A DNA stretch of 64,000 nt from Hydrolagus colliei (lineage: Eukaryota), in assembly GCA_035084275.1 (NCBI GenBank), contig CM068742.1, positions 83,700,001 to 83,764,000 of the forward strand. Reading direction: 5' to 3'. The position numbers and the translations under genes were made by a program. How positions within the stretch are numbered: position 1 is the first letter of the stretch; each line of letters starts with the position of its first letter. Below are positions 24,747 to 38,412 of this stretch, piece by piece. Under the pieces are notes generated by a model. The model was not told the DNA's origin. It did no database searches and saw only the letters and a program-made list of their open reading frames with translations.

Positions 24747-25552
24747 CAGGTAGACGCCGCTTAACGAAGGGGTTAGGGACTTTAAAACCCTTCATTGTGC
24801 GAAAATTTTGCTAAGCGAGAATTTAACTGTATTACTATATTTGGCCGCAGCCAAAACGCCACCCCGAGCCTCCCCGCTAAAATCAGTTTAGTTCCTAGCG
24901 GTTCCTAGCACTAGCATTTTCGGTGTACAGGTTGAGCAGCCAAAATCCGGAATTCCAGAATATGACAAAAATTGCAAGAATAAAAACACCAATCCTACCT
25001 GCTCCAGGCCAGGTCTGCACAGTCACCGCACTGAAATATCGCAACCTGGGCCCAGGCATTTCCGGACATGTGACGCGCTTATAGCGTTCCGAAGTCAGGA
25101 AATACCCGAACCTGGGCTTGGCTACGGGCCCGAATTCAGGACGCTCAACCTGTACTAGCGAAGGCCTAAGGTATAACTGCTATTGAAGGCTACACAACTT
25201 TAAAAAGAACAATAAAATATAAAAATGTTAGTAAATACAACAATAAACAATAAAATACAGACAGTCCTCGACTTACTATTGAAGCCACGAAGCATCCTGC
25301 CACTTAAGCTCCTCCCATATGGGAGGGGCTGCACTGCACTGCTTAACTGAGGCATGCTAAAGACTTGCTGGGGCAGCTGGGAGAGACGCTACCCATGAGA
25401 AGCTGCGCATGAGAAGCCGGCGAGATTTAAAGTGTGTGTAAACATTCGTTATAGCGAACATGGCCTTTGTTAAGCGGATAAGTGGTACAAATAGAAACCC
25501 TCATTACAGTGAACTTTCGTTAACCAGGCCTTCGTTAAGCGAGGTCTACCTA
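24747..25552. mobile_element. Tigger-like MITE (family B) copy 1, containing a nested mini-element
   Basis: TA|caggtagacgccgcttaacgaagg ... ccttcgttaagcgaggtctaccta|TA. Confidence 0.9.
24928..25152. mobile_element. Nested 225-bp Tigger-like mini-element
   Basis: TA|caggttgagc ... gctcaacctg|TA. Confidence 0.8.
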
Positions 25553-25715
25553 TAATTGAAAGTTTGCCCCTCATAATTAATATCCCCATTGTTAAAAGTC
25601 CATGCACAGCAAAGCTGTTGCGTTCAAACCTGTGCTCACTTGTTAATAATGTATTATTCTTACATGTATATATGTATACGAGTACGCATATACATGTATT
25701 CTTAATTGTATAGTA

Positions 25716-26688
25716 TAGGTAGACCCCACTTAACGAAGGGGTTAGGGACTTTAAAACCCTTCGTTAAGCGAAAATTTTGTTAAGCGAGAATTTAACTATA
25801 TTACTGTATTTGGCAGCAGCCAAAATGCCGCCCCGACCCGAGCCTCCCCGCTAAAACCAGTTTAGTTCCTGGCGCTAACATTTTCAGTGTATTGGCTGCT
25901 TAACCTAAAGTCCGGAGTTCCGGAATACGGAATGTGACAAAAAAATGCAGAAATAAAAACGACAATCCTACCTGCTCCAGGCCAGGTCTTCACGGTCATC
26001 GCACTGAAATATCACAACCTGGACAGACTAGGGACGTGCTTCTTTCTTCCTCCCCCTCCTCTCTTTCTCTCTACCCCCCCTTTCTCTTTATCCCCCCTTC
26101 CCCTCCTCTCTTTCTCTCTGCCCCCACTCCCCTCCTCTCTTTCTCTCTGTCCCCCATCCCCTCCTCTCTTTCTCTCTGTCCCCCATCCCCTCCTCTCTTT
26201 CTCTCTGTCCCCCATCCCCTCCTCTCTTTCTCTCTGCCCCCCATCCCCTCCTCTCTTTCTCTCTGCTCCCCTCCTCTCTTTCTCTCTGCACCCCCTCCCC
26301 TCCTCTCTTTCTCTCTGCCCCCCCTCCATCTCTATCTCTCTGTGCCCCCCCCCCCCCCCCCTTCCCTCCATCTCTATCCCCCTTCCCTCCCTCTCTATCC
26401 CCCCACTATCTCTCTATCTCCCCTCTATCTCTCTATCCCACCCCCCATATCTTGACTTACTAGTGCATTATTGAAGCCACAAAACATCCTGCCGCTTAAG
26501 CTCCTCCCACATGGGGAGTGCTTAATTGACGCTATGTATGTATGTGCGCTTGTGTCGAGAAGGGTGCGAGATTTAAACTTTCGTTATAGTGAGTGCAGCC
26601 TTCGCTAGTTGCATAGTGGGGTACAGATAGAAACCCTTGTGATGGTGAAGTTTCATTAACAGGGCCTTCGTTAAGCGGGGGCTACCTG
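25716..26688. mobile_element. Tigger-like MITE (family B) copy 2
   Basis: taggtagaccccacttaacgaagg ... ccttcgttaagcgggggctacctg; colinear with 24747-25552. Confidence 0.9.
26040..26450. repeat. Pyrimidine-rich minisatellite with a ~29-bp unit
   Basis: Repeated ctcctctctttctctctgtcccccatccc. Confidence 0.9.
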
Positions 26689-27019
26689 TGTATAAAAAGA
26701 CTCAAGCACATTCCATGTTTTAGAAATGTTATATGATCTTTAACATTTGGGGTGATTTAGAAATTCAATAATTACAACTTCTAATTCAGAATTATGTTAA
26801 GAATAGCACAAATAGACCTCATTGAAGATTTTGTTGATTTGCGTATCATAATTTTAAAAAACTCAATATAAAAATATGAATTATTGTACTTCCTTCTTCC
26901 TGCCCTTCTTTGGCTCATATTTCAAATGAATAAGGAATGAATTTTGTTTACCTAATAGTAAATATGTAATTAGCTCGATTGGCAAATCGCTTTCTGGGGG
27001 TAGTAATCCCTTTTTTTAA

Positions 27020-27187
27020 AAATTGTTCACTCAATCCACGACTGTTTGTGAGACATTGCTGAGTGCAATTGGCTGTGGAGTTTCACCTACAAAATACAGT
27101 CACTTCACTTTACAGTATATTCTGTGAAGTGCTTTGAGACATCTCAATAATGTGGTAAGGCACTATATTAAATACAAGAATTATCAT
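27020..27187 (+). mobile_element. SINE 3' half
   Basis: caatccacgactgtttgtgagacattgctg...tail. Confidence 0.8.
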
Positions 27188-28300
27188 TACATTGATAAAA
27201 TCTTCCTACAATCACAAACAAATGGACTAAGGCCAATGGTTTTGTAGAAGATAAAGTGGTGCAGTGTCCTTGCTGTTAACTTCAGTTTTCTGACTCCTAT
27301 CAACATTTTTGCTTTAGGATGTTTATGGAAACCTTGCTTAGAAACATGGGATGATGGAAAGACATGTGCAAAGGCAACAACACTACCGCCCAACACTGCA
27401 ACACTGTCTCGTAATCGGATTTCTGTCCTCTGGCAAAATTGCTTTTTCTTAAAAAAACTCTCCATACTTCCAACAATGTCGTCTCAAGCAGTGATCTCAA
27501 AGCTGAATGCCCTTCAGTTTTCAATGAATTATTTTACAACATATTTGGGAGTGAATGGAAAAACACCTTTCTGATCCCATCTGTTTTGAAAATATTAACA
27601 TTTCTGTGCTCGAGGTCAATTTGCAGAAGGCAGTGCTTTTTTCATTCCACTGACCTCAGACTGGATTTCTGCCAATCAAAGAATTACATTCCAGATTCAG
27701 ACAACAGAGGGCAGAGCATGAATACTGCACGTTCCTCAATTTTACTTGAAAGGTCAGCTCCCTCACAATTGATTGTGCCCGAGAATGACTTTTAGTATTG
27801 TAGTGGGGGAAAAAAATTCCAACCTTATCAACATATTGAGAAAAAAACTTACATCTACAGCGCCCTGTTATTTAACTGTCACACTACCATTGTACTGTAT
27901 TTGGATTACTTTGTGCCCATCTACAACAGTTTATTTTACATCAAGCAAACTGAAAAGCATAACTTTATTAAAATCAGTTTCTTAGGCACTACTGACACTC
28001 ACTGTATCCCTGAGCTATACACTATTGTAGAAATTTCACATTCAAATCCTAGTCTGTGCTGAATGCTGATAATGAAACAATTTTTGCATTAGGATACTGT
28101 TTGGATACTACAAATGGTCTCAATGCTTCTAGTTGGTATAGAACTATACTGTAGCTTCACAATATATAATACATTATATATATATATATAGTATAGAATA
28201 CATTCACAAAACATTCTTATAGAAACGCTTCAATTCAGACATGCAGATGAACGAACATGGTTCTTTATCCAACAGAGAGCAGCATTAATATAAATAAATA

Positions 28301-30016
28301 CAGTAAAAGCCTGTTTATCCATGATCCAATCATCCGGATTGCTTAACCCCCTCCCGGGGCAATTCCCTATTCCAGCAATCGCGAGTATGTTCACTTTGCG
28401 CATGCATGCAATGCGTGCGCATGTGCACTTATTAAACTTACAAACTTGTTTTTTTTTTACTGATCTTTTTACTGAGTGTGCTGGAATCTTTATTGGTAAG
28501 TATCCATACAATATTCTGTTACTATTTAGTGTATTATTAATATGGTATGTTTTAATAATAGCATTTGTAACTGCATAAACAATAACATAATATTGTATTG
28601 GTACTTATTGTTAAAACTACTCTCTTACACCTTTACTGGTGGATGCTGCGCTTGAAGCTATGATGCTGCAGTTGAGGTTTATAGTCCAGTGATTCTTTTT
28701 AAAATGGAGCACGCCAAGCGGGTGAAAAAAATGGAGCGCGACTTTCAAGCCTTACTAGCGGCAAGCCGATAACCCTAGCCAATAACCCACATTGTTGCGC
28801 AGGTGCAGTATTTCGGCTTGCCATTAGTAGAGTCTAGGGTTATCGGCTTGCCACTAGTAAATCTTTAAAGTCGCGCTGCCGCTTTTTTCACCCTCTTGGC
28901 GTCCTCCATTTTAAAAAGAATCGCTGGAGTATAAACCTCAACTAGTAAAGTTAAGAAGCGCAAGAGAGTAGTTTTAACAATAAGTACCAATATAATATTT
29001 TGCTATTATCTGTTATTATTCAGTCTGGTGTGTATTAGAGTCTGGCGATATATCAATATATCGGTTATATCCGATATAATTTTCATATCGATATGCCGAT
29101 ATAAGCATTTAAAAAATATCAATATCGAAAAATTTATATATCGAACAAAAATTGGAATGCGCGTGCACTGAACTACAAGACCCAGAATGCTCATCTCTAT
29201 ACACAATGCACCGACCGAGGTGCAAGCTGCCATATTGTATTCATAGTCCTCGAATACAATATACAGGTATACAAGGGGTGGGAGGGGGGAGAGCCGGGGG
29301 TGGGGTGGGGGGAGAGGCGGGGGTGGGGTGAGAGGCGGGGGTGGGGTGGGGGGAAGAGACGGGGGTGGGGTGGGGTGAGAGGCGGAGGTGGGGTGGGGTG
29401 AGAGGCGGGGGTGGGGTGAAAGGCGGGGGTGGGGTGGGGGGAGAGGCGGGGTTGGGGTGGGGGGAGAGACAGGGGTGGGGAGGGGGGAGAGACGGGGGTG
29501 GGGTGGGGGGAGAGACGGGGGTGGGGTGGGGGGTGAGAGTCGGGGGTGGGGTGGGGGGAGAGTCGGGGGTGGGGTGGGGGGAGACGGGACGGGGGGGGGG
29601 GGGGGAGACAGGGGGATGTGATAATATACAGACAGACAGAGAGAGAGAGAGATGGGGGAGGATGTGAGAGAGGAGAGAGACACAGAGACAGACGGAAAAA
29701 CACAGAGATGGAAAGAGTGAGTGTGAGAGACACAGAGAGAGATATTTACCTCCTGAGGAGATAGGCCCCGAATGCAACGCGCGCGCATGCGCAGTACGAA
29801 AACCCCGAAAATATCGATATATCCCGATATGAGCCCATCGATATATCGAAATCGGAAAATTTCCATATTGACAGACCCTAGTGTGTATGGTGTGTGTTCA
29901 AAAAACTAAAAAAAAATTGTAATGGGTTTTTGGCCGCGGGCTGCCCGAATATGCGGCAGGTGCTTTAACCGGCATTGGCCAGGTACCGCGGGTGACGTAT
30001 AAATAGGCTTTTATTG
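28301..30016. mobile_element. pogo/Tigger-like MITE (family A) interrupted by a hAT MITE
   Basis: TA|cagtaaaagcctgtttatcc ... ataaataggcttttattg|TA; 28570-29030 is the reverse complement of the 16480-16960 hairpin block. Confidence 0.88.
29036..29880. mobile_element. hAT-type MITE copy 2
   Basis: Ends tagagtctggcgatat / atattgacagacccta; perfect 8-bp TSD GTGTGTAT at 29028-29035 and 29881-29888. Confidence 0.95.
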
Positions 30017-31829
30017 TAGTAGTCCAAAGTTTCACACAAACAAGGTTTATACATCTTCCAGCCAGCTTGTCCATCAACTTTAGTTCTCAAGATATGACTT
30101 CTAAGAGCATACAAATTGCTAACAAGTTGCTGCTGTCTTACAACAACAACAACAAATTACATTTATAGAGCGCCTTTCACGTCGTGAGGACGTCCCAAGG
30201 CGCTGACGACCTTGAGAGAAACCCTCACTTGCACTCTACATCATCACTGCCTGATCCACAACATATTAAAGCACAGAAACAGGCCATTCAACCAACACTT
30301 CTATGCTGTTGTTTTTCTCCACATGACCCAGCTCATCACTCCCCATACTGGTTTTCAAACATCGATTCAAATCTTTTTTTAAATTGAACGGTTTCTACAA
30401 TAACTCCAGGGATTTCTCCTTTTCCCTTCTACCATGCCTACCTAGATTTGCTGATTGTTTTACCCAAAGTAATGCTCACAAAAACAAAATGAATTGTCAA
30501 AACTCTCTCATCCATATAAAATTAAGTATAAAAAGAGTAAATGCTGACCGAAAATCCACAGCAAATTGCTCTGAAAGTATCCAAAAGAACATTAGTTACA
30601 ATTCAGGATTTACCAGAAACCAAATCCATAGGCTGGCCTTACTTGCAAGTGAAGCTGGAACAAGTTGTGGGCCTAGAGATCTCTTCTTACATAGTTTTGA
30701 TTCTAGCCACCCAGGCCAACACAACACGTGTTCACCAGCTTAACTTTATGGAAGTGGTCCTGGCAGCAATCCCAAAATCGATTGTCTTTGCGATGTAGAT
30801 ATGAAGGACTGTTTATTTGCTAGACTAGCTCCCCAAGAAGAATCAAGCTTCAATATTCCTTTAACCAGAATGACCTGTAAAGTCAGTGGGCAGAAACAGG
30901 CCATTCAACCCAACACACCTGTGCCATTATGTGTCTCCACAAGCCACATCACCACTTTCCATGCCTATTTTCAAGCATCAATCCAAATCTGTTTCAAATA
31001 ATTCACCACTCAGCTGCAAAGAAAGCCCTCTGCAGCAAAGTGTCATGAGAGAGTCAGTGTTACTCAATGTAAATTTTAAAGCCAGCTGCTGATAGTGGCT
31101 GGAAAGCGCAGTGGTAATTGTCTGTGACCCTCCAACAGACCTATGGTGCTTAATTAAAAATGAAACAGCAATTTACAGACTAAATCTGCAATCAAAACAT
31201 GAAAAACTCGATTAAAAAAAACATGCATTTTCATTTTAAATGAGGAGTTTCTCCTGGTGTCTTGGTGAACAAATCCCGTAAATAAAACTGATCACTCACT
31301 CCATGGTTGTAGGACACTGCTGTGCGCAAATTTGTGTCACATTTTGCCACCCTAAAATACCATCACTGAACTTTACAGTGTTTCCTGTGAAGCACTTCTG
31401 AGACATCTCGATAGTGTGATAAGGTGCTGTATCAAATGAAGGAATGCAAGATAGGGAGATGCTAAGGTATGAAGGGATTTATAGGTGAGGACTTTCAAAT
31501 CATTGGACAACAGGGGAGAATGGTGACAACCATGGCAACGGCAATGCAGAGTTTGGTGCAAATGAGGATCCGGGCAACAGAGTTTTGTATGAGCTGGAGC
31601 CAGTGGGATGGTGTTTTTGGAGATATTGAGTGAAGAGATAACAAAGGCATAATGAGGACAGCATTTAGTGTGAGATGGGGGTGGGGGGGATGGGCAATGT
31701 AACAAAAGAGAATAAAAGGGGTCTTAAAGTCAGGAATGTAAAGAAAGAGGGATTGAGGATTAAAATGAATGAATTAAAATGAATGAAGATTATATACTCG
31801 TTAACTGAGTTGGAGAGAGAGAGGTGATC

Positions 31830-32262
31830 ATTGTAGTTTACAGCACAAGAGGCCACACGATTCATCATGCCTCTAAACAAGTTAGTCAGTTAATCTTATT
31901 CCCTAAATCTTCTTAGATTTTCTTAAAAACCCAATTATTGGTTCTGCTCCAAACACCATTTTTTGCTTGTCATTTCATGTCCTGATCTAACTTTCTGTTG
32001 CAAAAATAAATTCATCTGTCCCTTTGTTTATTTGGCAATGATCTTAAAATTTAGAAGCTCTGGTTATCAATGAGCCAACCTAGAAAAATAGTTTCTCCCT
32101 ATTTACCTTTCCGCAAACCCTCACAACTTTGAACATCTCTATCAGATCTCCTCTCAATCTTCTAGTGCCAGTTTCTCTAGCCTTTCAGTTCCAGGATTAT
32201 CCGAGTGAATCTCCTCTGTACCCTTTCTTTATCCTTAACATTCTTCCTAACATGGAGCATTC
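31830..32262 (-). mobile_element. CR1 3' fragment
   Basis: gaaaatagtttctccctatttacc...gaacatctctatcagatctcctctc...gtgaatctcctctgtaccc is similar to 55810-56020. Confidence 0.7.
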
Positions 32263-32370
32263 AGTGTTCTGACCAAGGGTCATTGACCTGAATTGTTAAC
32301 TCACTTTCCTCTCTCCATAGATGCTGCCTAAGCTGCTGAGTGTTCCCATGAACTCCTGTTTTTATCACAA
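32262..32370 (+). mobile_element. Penelope-like terminal repeat fragment
   Basis: ctgaccaagggtcattgacctgaattgttaactc...agatgctgcc...gctgctgagt is similar to 54156-54225. Confidence 0.55.
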
Positions 32371-34014
32371 GAACTCTCTGTGTTAGTTCAGGTCTGTTCT
32401 TTCTGTCACACATGCCAACAAGTTTGCAAGAAGTATTTGTAAAACAAAATGAACATGCTATTTTGAAATATAATTGAAGTGAGGACTGTATATTATACAT
32501 CTTTTCACATCTTCCAAAAATGAGAGCTTCCAACAGTATAATCAAACTGCCGTCTATTATTGCCTGCACAGAGCTTCGCATTTAATATAAATGGTCTAAA
32601 AATTCATTACTGACTTTAGTCCTATCAGTAATTAATGTCTATGATGACTTTCAAATTACCCCCTTAAAGGAAAGTTTGTAAATTCCTCAGTTACAAACTC
32701 TTTGTGCTAGACTTTAATAGCATAATGGTACTAATAAGCTACAAGAAAAACAACACTTAAGCCACTACACTTTAATGTTGGGATGCTGTTTAATTCATCA
32801 CAAAAAATTGTCATCTTTACCAAGTGATACATAGCTCTCTCTCCAGGTTCAAGTTTGAAAATGATAAAATCTATATTTGTGCTGTTGGATGTATAATTAT
32901 AGACTTCACACATCCACCATTAAGCTTTACTGAAATTCAAGTGAAAAAACAGCCGAAGTGCAATGGTGCAAATATTTTGCATGGTTATCATTGTGCTTTA
33001 CAGAAATCCCAGCATCACTAACTTATATTGCAAAACAGGAAAAAAATAAGGAATGGCATAGTTTGTAGGCATATGTAGCTTTAACACCAATACATTTTTT
33101 AAAAAGCCAGACTTTAAAGCTGTGTGCTATACATCCGGTAAATATAATTGGTCTACACCTGTAACTCATGACCGAGTGACAAACCTGAAGTGCTACAACA
33201 AAATGTTCTAAATTTCAAAATATCCTCGCTAGATAAAACCTAAATGTGGAAGACAAATACTAATGTATAATTCTACTGATGGGTGTTTCTCATAAATAGT
33301 AGAATCTAAAAATTGCATCTACCCTTACACTTTAGTAAAATCCAAGTGATGTGGATACCGGTTATTCCCCGAATAGGCTTTGAATATATTGCAGTTGTGT
33401 AATCTTGCTACAGCATATTTTTTATTTGGTATAAAATATACCACAATCCGAAAAGTTTATTTACACAGATTCCAAGTGAAGGCTCCACAATAAAATGAGA
33501 AAGTAGTTCCCCTTTCCTATCTCCCCACATTACTCAGCATCTCTGGGGGCGGGTAACAAATCTGTTCTGGGTCTTACATAGATGTAATTCTGAGGCATTT
33601 AAGATCAGGCTAGGCAGCCTTTACCATCTTCCCTGTGGCACGTACCCGGCCTCTTCCTCGTGCCTCTCAGTATTTTTGTGAATGATTACATATTTGAAAC
33701 TGCGGCTTTTGAGTCTAGCTTAGCACATTGGGATTCCAACTCGCTACTATACCAACCCACCATCTTGTTAAATTCTTATGTTACAAGTATGCTTATTCCC
33801 GCAGACAACAATAGTCTAAATTTTCAAAAATTATCCCAAAATAACACAACCTGAAATCTGTTGAATCTTGAGTAAGTCTGAATCTGTGTATCTCAATATA
33901 CTGAAGGATCTAATGCGTTGTCACACTCTTATAAAGTGGCTTAAGTACAAACAATGTATTATGTGGACATGGAAAAGGAGGGGGGGGGGGGGGGGGGGGG
34001 GGAGAGGGGAGAGT

Positions 34015-34170
34015 GATTGGTCGTGGGACCCTGCTGTGTGCAATAGCCTGCTGCATTTCGCCTACAAATATACAGACAATTCACTTTACAGTATACTCTA
34101 TGAAGCGCTTTGAGACGTCTAGAAGACATGAAAAGCACTATATCAAGTGCAAGGATTATTATTATTATTA
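34015..34170 (+). mobile_element. SINE 3' half
   Basis: gtgggaccctgctgtgtgc...gaagcgctttgagacgtctagaagacatg...(att)n. Confidence 0.85.
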
Positions 34171-34234
34171 CCATTCCCACTCAATTATTTTCCTTTTATA
34201 ACATATTTTAATTTTAAGGTCTGTCCCACTTGAA

Positions 34235-34550
34235 TCCTACATGCAGTAATCCCCTGGTAGGAGAATCTATAACCAGGGGTCATAATCTCAAAATTAAGGG
34301 TTGAGGAAACATTTCTTCACTCAAAGGGTAGTGAATTCCCCAGAAAGCTGTAGATGCTCAATCCTTGAACATTTTCAAGGCTGAGACTGATAGATTTTAA
34401 AAATATAGAGGGATTAGGGAATATGGGGATGGAGCAGGTAATTAGAGTTAGGTCAGAAGATCAGCCATGATCTTATCAAATGGCGGGGCAGGCTTGAGGG
34501 ACCGAATGGCCTACTCCTGCTCCTAATTCTTATGTTCTATGTTCTTATTC
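34235..34550 (+). mobile_element. CR1 3' end
   Basis: gatcagccatgatcttatcaaatggcggggcaggcttgagggaccgaatggcctactcctgctcctaattcttatgttctatgttctta. Confidence 0.85.
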
Positions 34551-35149
34551 TCAAGAGAACAGAATTTTTTTTTTTCAAAAAGCAACAAAACTGTTAAGGA
34601 AGTTCCCTCAAATTGCTTGCATTACAAACCGTAAAATCAGTCAATGTACACCTAACCTAAATAAATTAACCTTTGTATACCATTTCATCAGATTCACCAA
34701 ATGAAGGCTGTACACAAAACAAAAGGCCAAGTGGGTGAGTTGGTAAAATAATTCCCACATCAGCAGCAGCATGTACAGCCATTATCACACTAACATACAG
34801 AGATTTACGAGCCTGTTTCCTATTGATTTAATTGGAGTAACAAGTAATTAGGTTTTAGATTCATTTTATTTTCAATTAATCTTGTGTTTCACAAGGCAAG
34901 AGCTGCCAGTGTGAAGGAATGGAACATTTCCCACCTTTTTGCATCGAATTTGAAAACAAGGGTAAGGATGCAGAAGCAACCCTACAACAACGTGTCTTAA
35001 TCCCAGTCTTAAAATATCTTCTCCCTCCCCCCCCCCCCCCCCACCCCGCTGTTTATAAGGTGCGTTTATAAGGCAATACTGACAATACCTCTGCCTGTGG
35101 AATGTGGAGGCACTGGCTACAGTGAGAGACTTTATTGTGATCACCCAAT

Positions 35150-38100
35150 GGCGAGCTCAAGGACAGCTTTATCAGAGACAGAATTGTTGTTGGAGTGCTA
35201 GATGAAAAATTGTCAGACTTTCTGCAGGCCAAAGCAGACCTCACGCTTGACAAAGCAGTCCATATATGTCATCAGTCAGAGGAAAGATATGACAGCCATG
35301 ACATTGTCCGTGGTGACATCAGATCCACTAGCATCGATCATGTCGCTAAATGCAAAACTCCAACAACAACAGCTTAAAGTCGAGCAAGCTAATGCAGCAA
35401 ACAGGAGATTCCAAGGCCGATAATTGTCAATGGTGTGGCAGACAACGCCATTCATGTCAACAATGTCCTGCAAAAGATGCCATATACAACAATTGCCAAA
35501 AAAAGGTCATTTCAAGGCAGTTTGCCGCAGTGCTGCATCCAAATGCAAAACCACAAAAGTGCATGAAGTTCAAGACTCACTAGAGTCTTGAACTTATTGC
35601 CAACGTTCCTCGGTGAGGTCGTTGGCAATAACGACTTTTGGAGTGCTTGTATCTCAGTTGATGGACACGCACCTACTTCAAGCTAGACACCGAGGCAACC
35701 GTTTCTGTCATCAGTGACATAGAACCCTGGCTAACCGGAGTACAACTCAAAAAGACCAATCAGTCCCTCCGTGGTAAAAGGAGATTCAGTCCATGCTTCA
35801 ACAGGGTGTCATTTCACCAGTCACTACGCTAACAACATGGTGCTCAGGTATGGTAACCATGCCCAAATCAAACGGTTCCTATCGCATCTGTGTTGACCTC
35901 ACTCAACTCAACAAGAGTGTACAACGTGAGATTCACCCTATGTCCTCAGTCGACGAGAGCTTGGCTAAGCTTGGGAAAAGTAGAATCTTCTCCAAGCTAG
36001 ACGCAAAGAGTGGATTTTGGCAGATACCGCTTGATGAGGATTCAAAACTTCTGACCACATTCATCACACCTTCAGGTCGTTACTGCTTCAACCAGCTACC
36101 ATTCAGCATTAGTTCTGCACCAGAGATTTTCCAATGAACTATGTCTGGTATCCTCATTGGCCTCAATGGTGACATTTGCCATATGGATGACATTCTCATT
36201 CACGGTGCCACACAAGTTGAACATAACCGATGTGTGAGAGCAGTCTTGCAGCGACTACTCGAAGCTGGCCTCACACTCAATGACAAATGTGAATTCTCCA
36301 AAGGCTCCATCAAGTTCTTAGGTCATGTGATAGACACAGCAGGCCTACACACTGATCAACACAAGACTACAGCCATTGCAAAGTATCCAGTCCCATCAAA
36401 CATCACTGAGCTCCAGACATTCATGGGAATGATCAACCAACTTGGGAAGTTCATCCCTGGATTGGCAGAGATCAATGAGCCATTACGCTAGCTGCTACAG
36501 AAAGAGACAGCTTGGTATTGGGGTAACGCACAGCAGAGTTCATTTCAAAACGTGAAAGATTTGCTACTCTCATCTGCAGTTTTCGCTCTCTATGACCCGA
36601 AACGTCCAACCTTCATTGCCACTGACGCTTCAGCATCTGGCATTGGTGCCGTTCTCCTTCAGATCCAAGACGATGGAAAACGCCATCCAATCTACTATGT
36701 ATCACGTTCTCTCAGTGAAACTGAGAAGCGATATGCAGTAACCGAAAAAGAAACACTAGCTGCAATCTGGACTTGCGAGAAGTTCTCTGACTATGTACTA
36801 GGACTACACTTCATCCTCGGGACAGATCACAAACCACTAGCGTCCCTTCTACAGACGAAGGAACTCGATAAGATGCCTCCACGGATACTACGATTCCGCC
36901 TTCGTCTGATGAGATTTAGTCCGACATTCCAGTACGTTCCAGGCAAACACGAGAATATGACCGATTCTCTAACCCGTGCTCCTGTCGGCACACCCGATGA
37001 ATCCGACACTGTGTTGATTGCAGAGATTGCAACTTTCGCGAATCATATGATGAATACACTACCAGCGAGTAGGCAACGCCTATTTGACATCGCCGCAGCT
37101 CAGAAAGCAGACGAAGAGTGCTCGCAGATCAAAAGAGTATTGCTTATGTGGTTGGCCTGCTTACATGCCACATGCACCACTACTTCGCCAGTACTGGGAA
37201 AGTAAAAGTCATCCCTCTGTCCTTGACAATCTTCTTCTTTATGACTACCGCATAGTCATTCCCAGAACCATGAGATTGGAAATGCTTGACTGCATCCATC
37301 AAGGCCATCTGGGAATCACCAAGTGCCAAGCCAGAGAACATACATCTGTTTGGTGGCCAGGTCTCTCCAAGATTATAGAAGAGATGATTTCTAAATGTTT
37401 GACTTGTGCCAAACAACGACCAGAACAACGCAAGCCTCTCTTGCCAGCATCATTCCCATCACGTCTGTGGGAAAGGTTGGGGATGGATTTATTTGAATAT
37501 CAAGGGAAGATTTTTCTCATTGTCATCGACTGCTACTCCCGCTGGATAGAAATAAAATCTCTCTCATCTGGCCAAACCTCAGCAACCGTTATCAGAGCAC
37601 TGAAATAAATCTTTGCCGTCCACGAGATCCCAGACTTGGTGGTCTCTGACAATGGGCCGCAATTTAGTTCAGCCTCATTCCTCCAGTTTGCTGAGAAGCA
37701 CGGATTCGTCCACACCACCAGTTCGCCAAGATACCCACAGGCAAACGGCGAAGCTGAGAGAGCAGTTCTTACAATGAAAGGGCTACTCAAAAAGAAGGAA
37801 GACCCCTATCTTACCCTCCTGACATGCAGAGCGTCTCCTCTCCAGAATGGCCTGTCACCAAGCAAGCTGCTGATGGGCAGGAAACTTAGAACAATGCTGC
37901 CTATTCTTCCATCAAACCTTCAACCAAAGGTTCAATCCGACCAGAAGATCCGACAGAAGGAAGAGGTGTATCGCACAAACCAGCAACAAAACTTCAACCT
38001 TCTTCACCGCGCTAGAGATTTGCCAGAGCTTCATCCCAGCGACTCTGTTTGGATCCGAGACCAGGACCGCCACGGAACTGTCCTCAACCAAACTTCCAAC

Positions 38101-38358
38101 CCACGATCCTACATCATAAAAACCAGTCCCGGCACAGTTCGACGAAACCGATCAGCCCTGGTTAACACACCACCTAAAAAACCACTACTGGAATCTCCAC
38201 CAACTACACCTTCTGATGTAACAGAACAGACCGCAATTTCACCTCAGAAGTCTTCACCGTTTCCATCATTGTCACAAACACCGAGTGTTCAACCACCAGC
38301 TGTGATGACAACATGTTCTGGACGTGTAGTGAAACTTCCTGATCGCCTTAATTTATAA
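35150..38358 (+). pseudogene. Ty3/Gypsy (Mag-like) gag-pol, inactivated
   Basis: gag IRDRIVVG...DLTLDKA plus tandem zinc knuckles; protease FKLDT; RT RICVDLTQLN, SKLDAKSGFWQIPL, ICHMDDILI; RNase H TDASASGIGAVL, TDHKPL; integrase HQGHLG..C..C, MDLF, SDNGPQF, NGEAER. Stops at 36135, 36489 and 37606, frameshifts, and a deletion near 35775. Confidence 0.96.
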
Positions 38359-38412
38359 GCAATCGTAAGCATAGGTGATCTTAAAGTACACCTGTCTGTA
38401 CTTGGGGAGAGA

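Noticed and set aside
27187-27795. Overlapping ORFs in non-repeat DNA
   Set aside because: No recognisable domain and no supported exon boundaries.
35793-38358. Domesticated or active Gypsy pol
   Set aside because: Several stops, frameshifts, an internal deletion and no matching 5' LTR.
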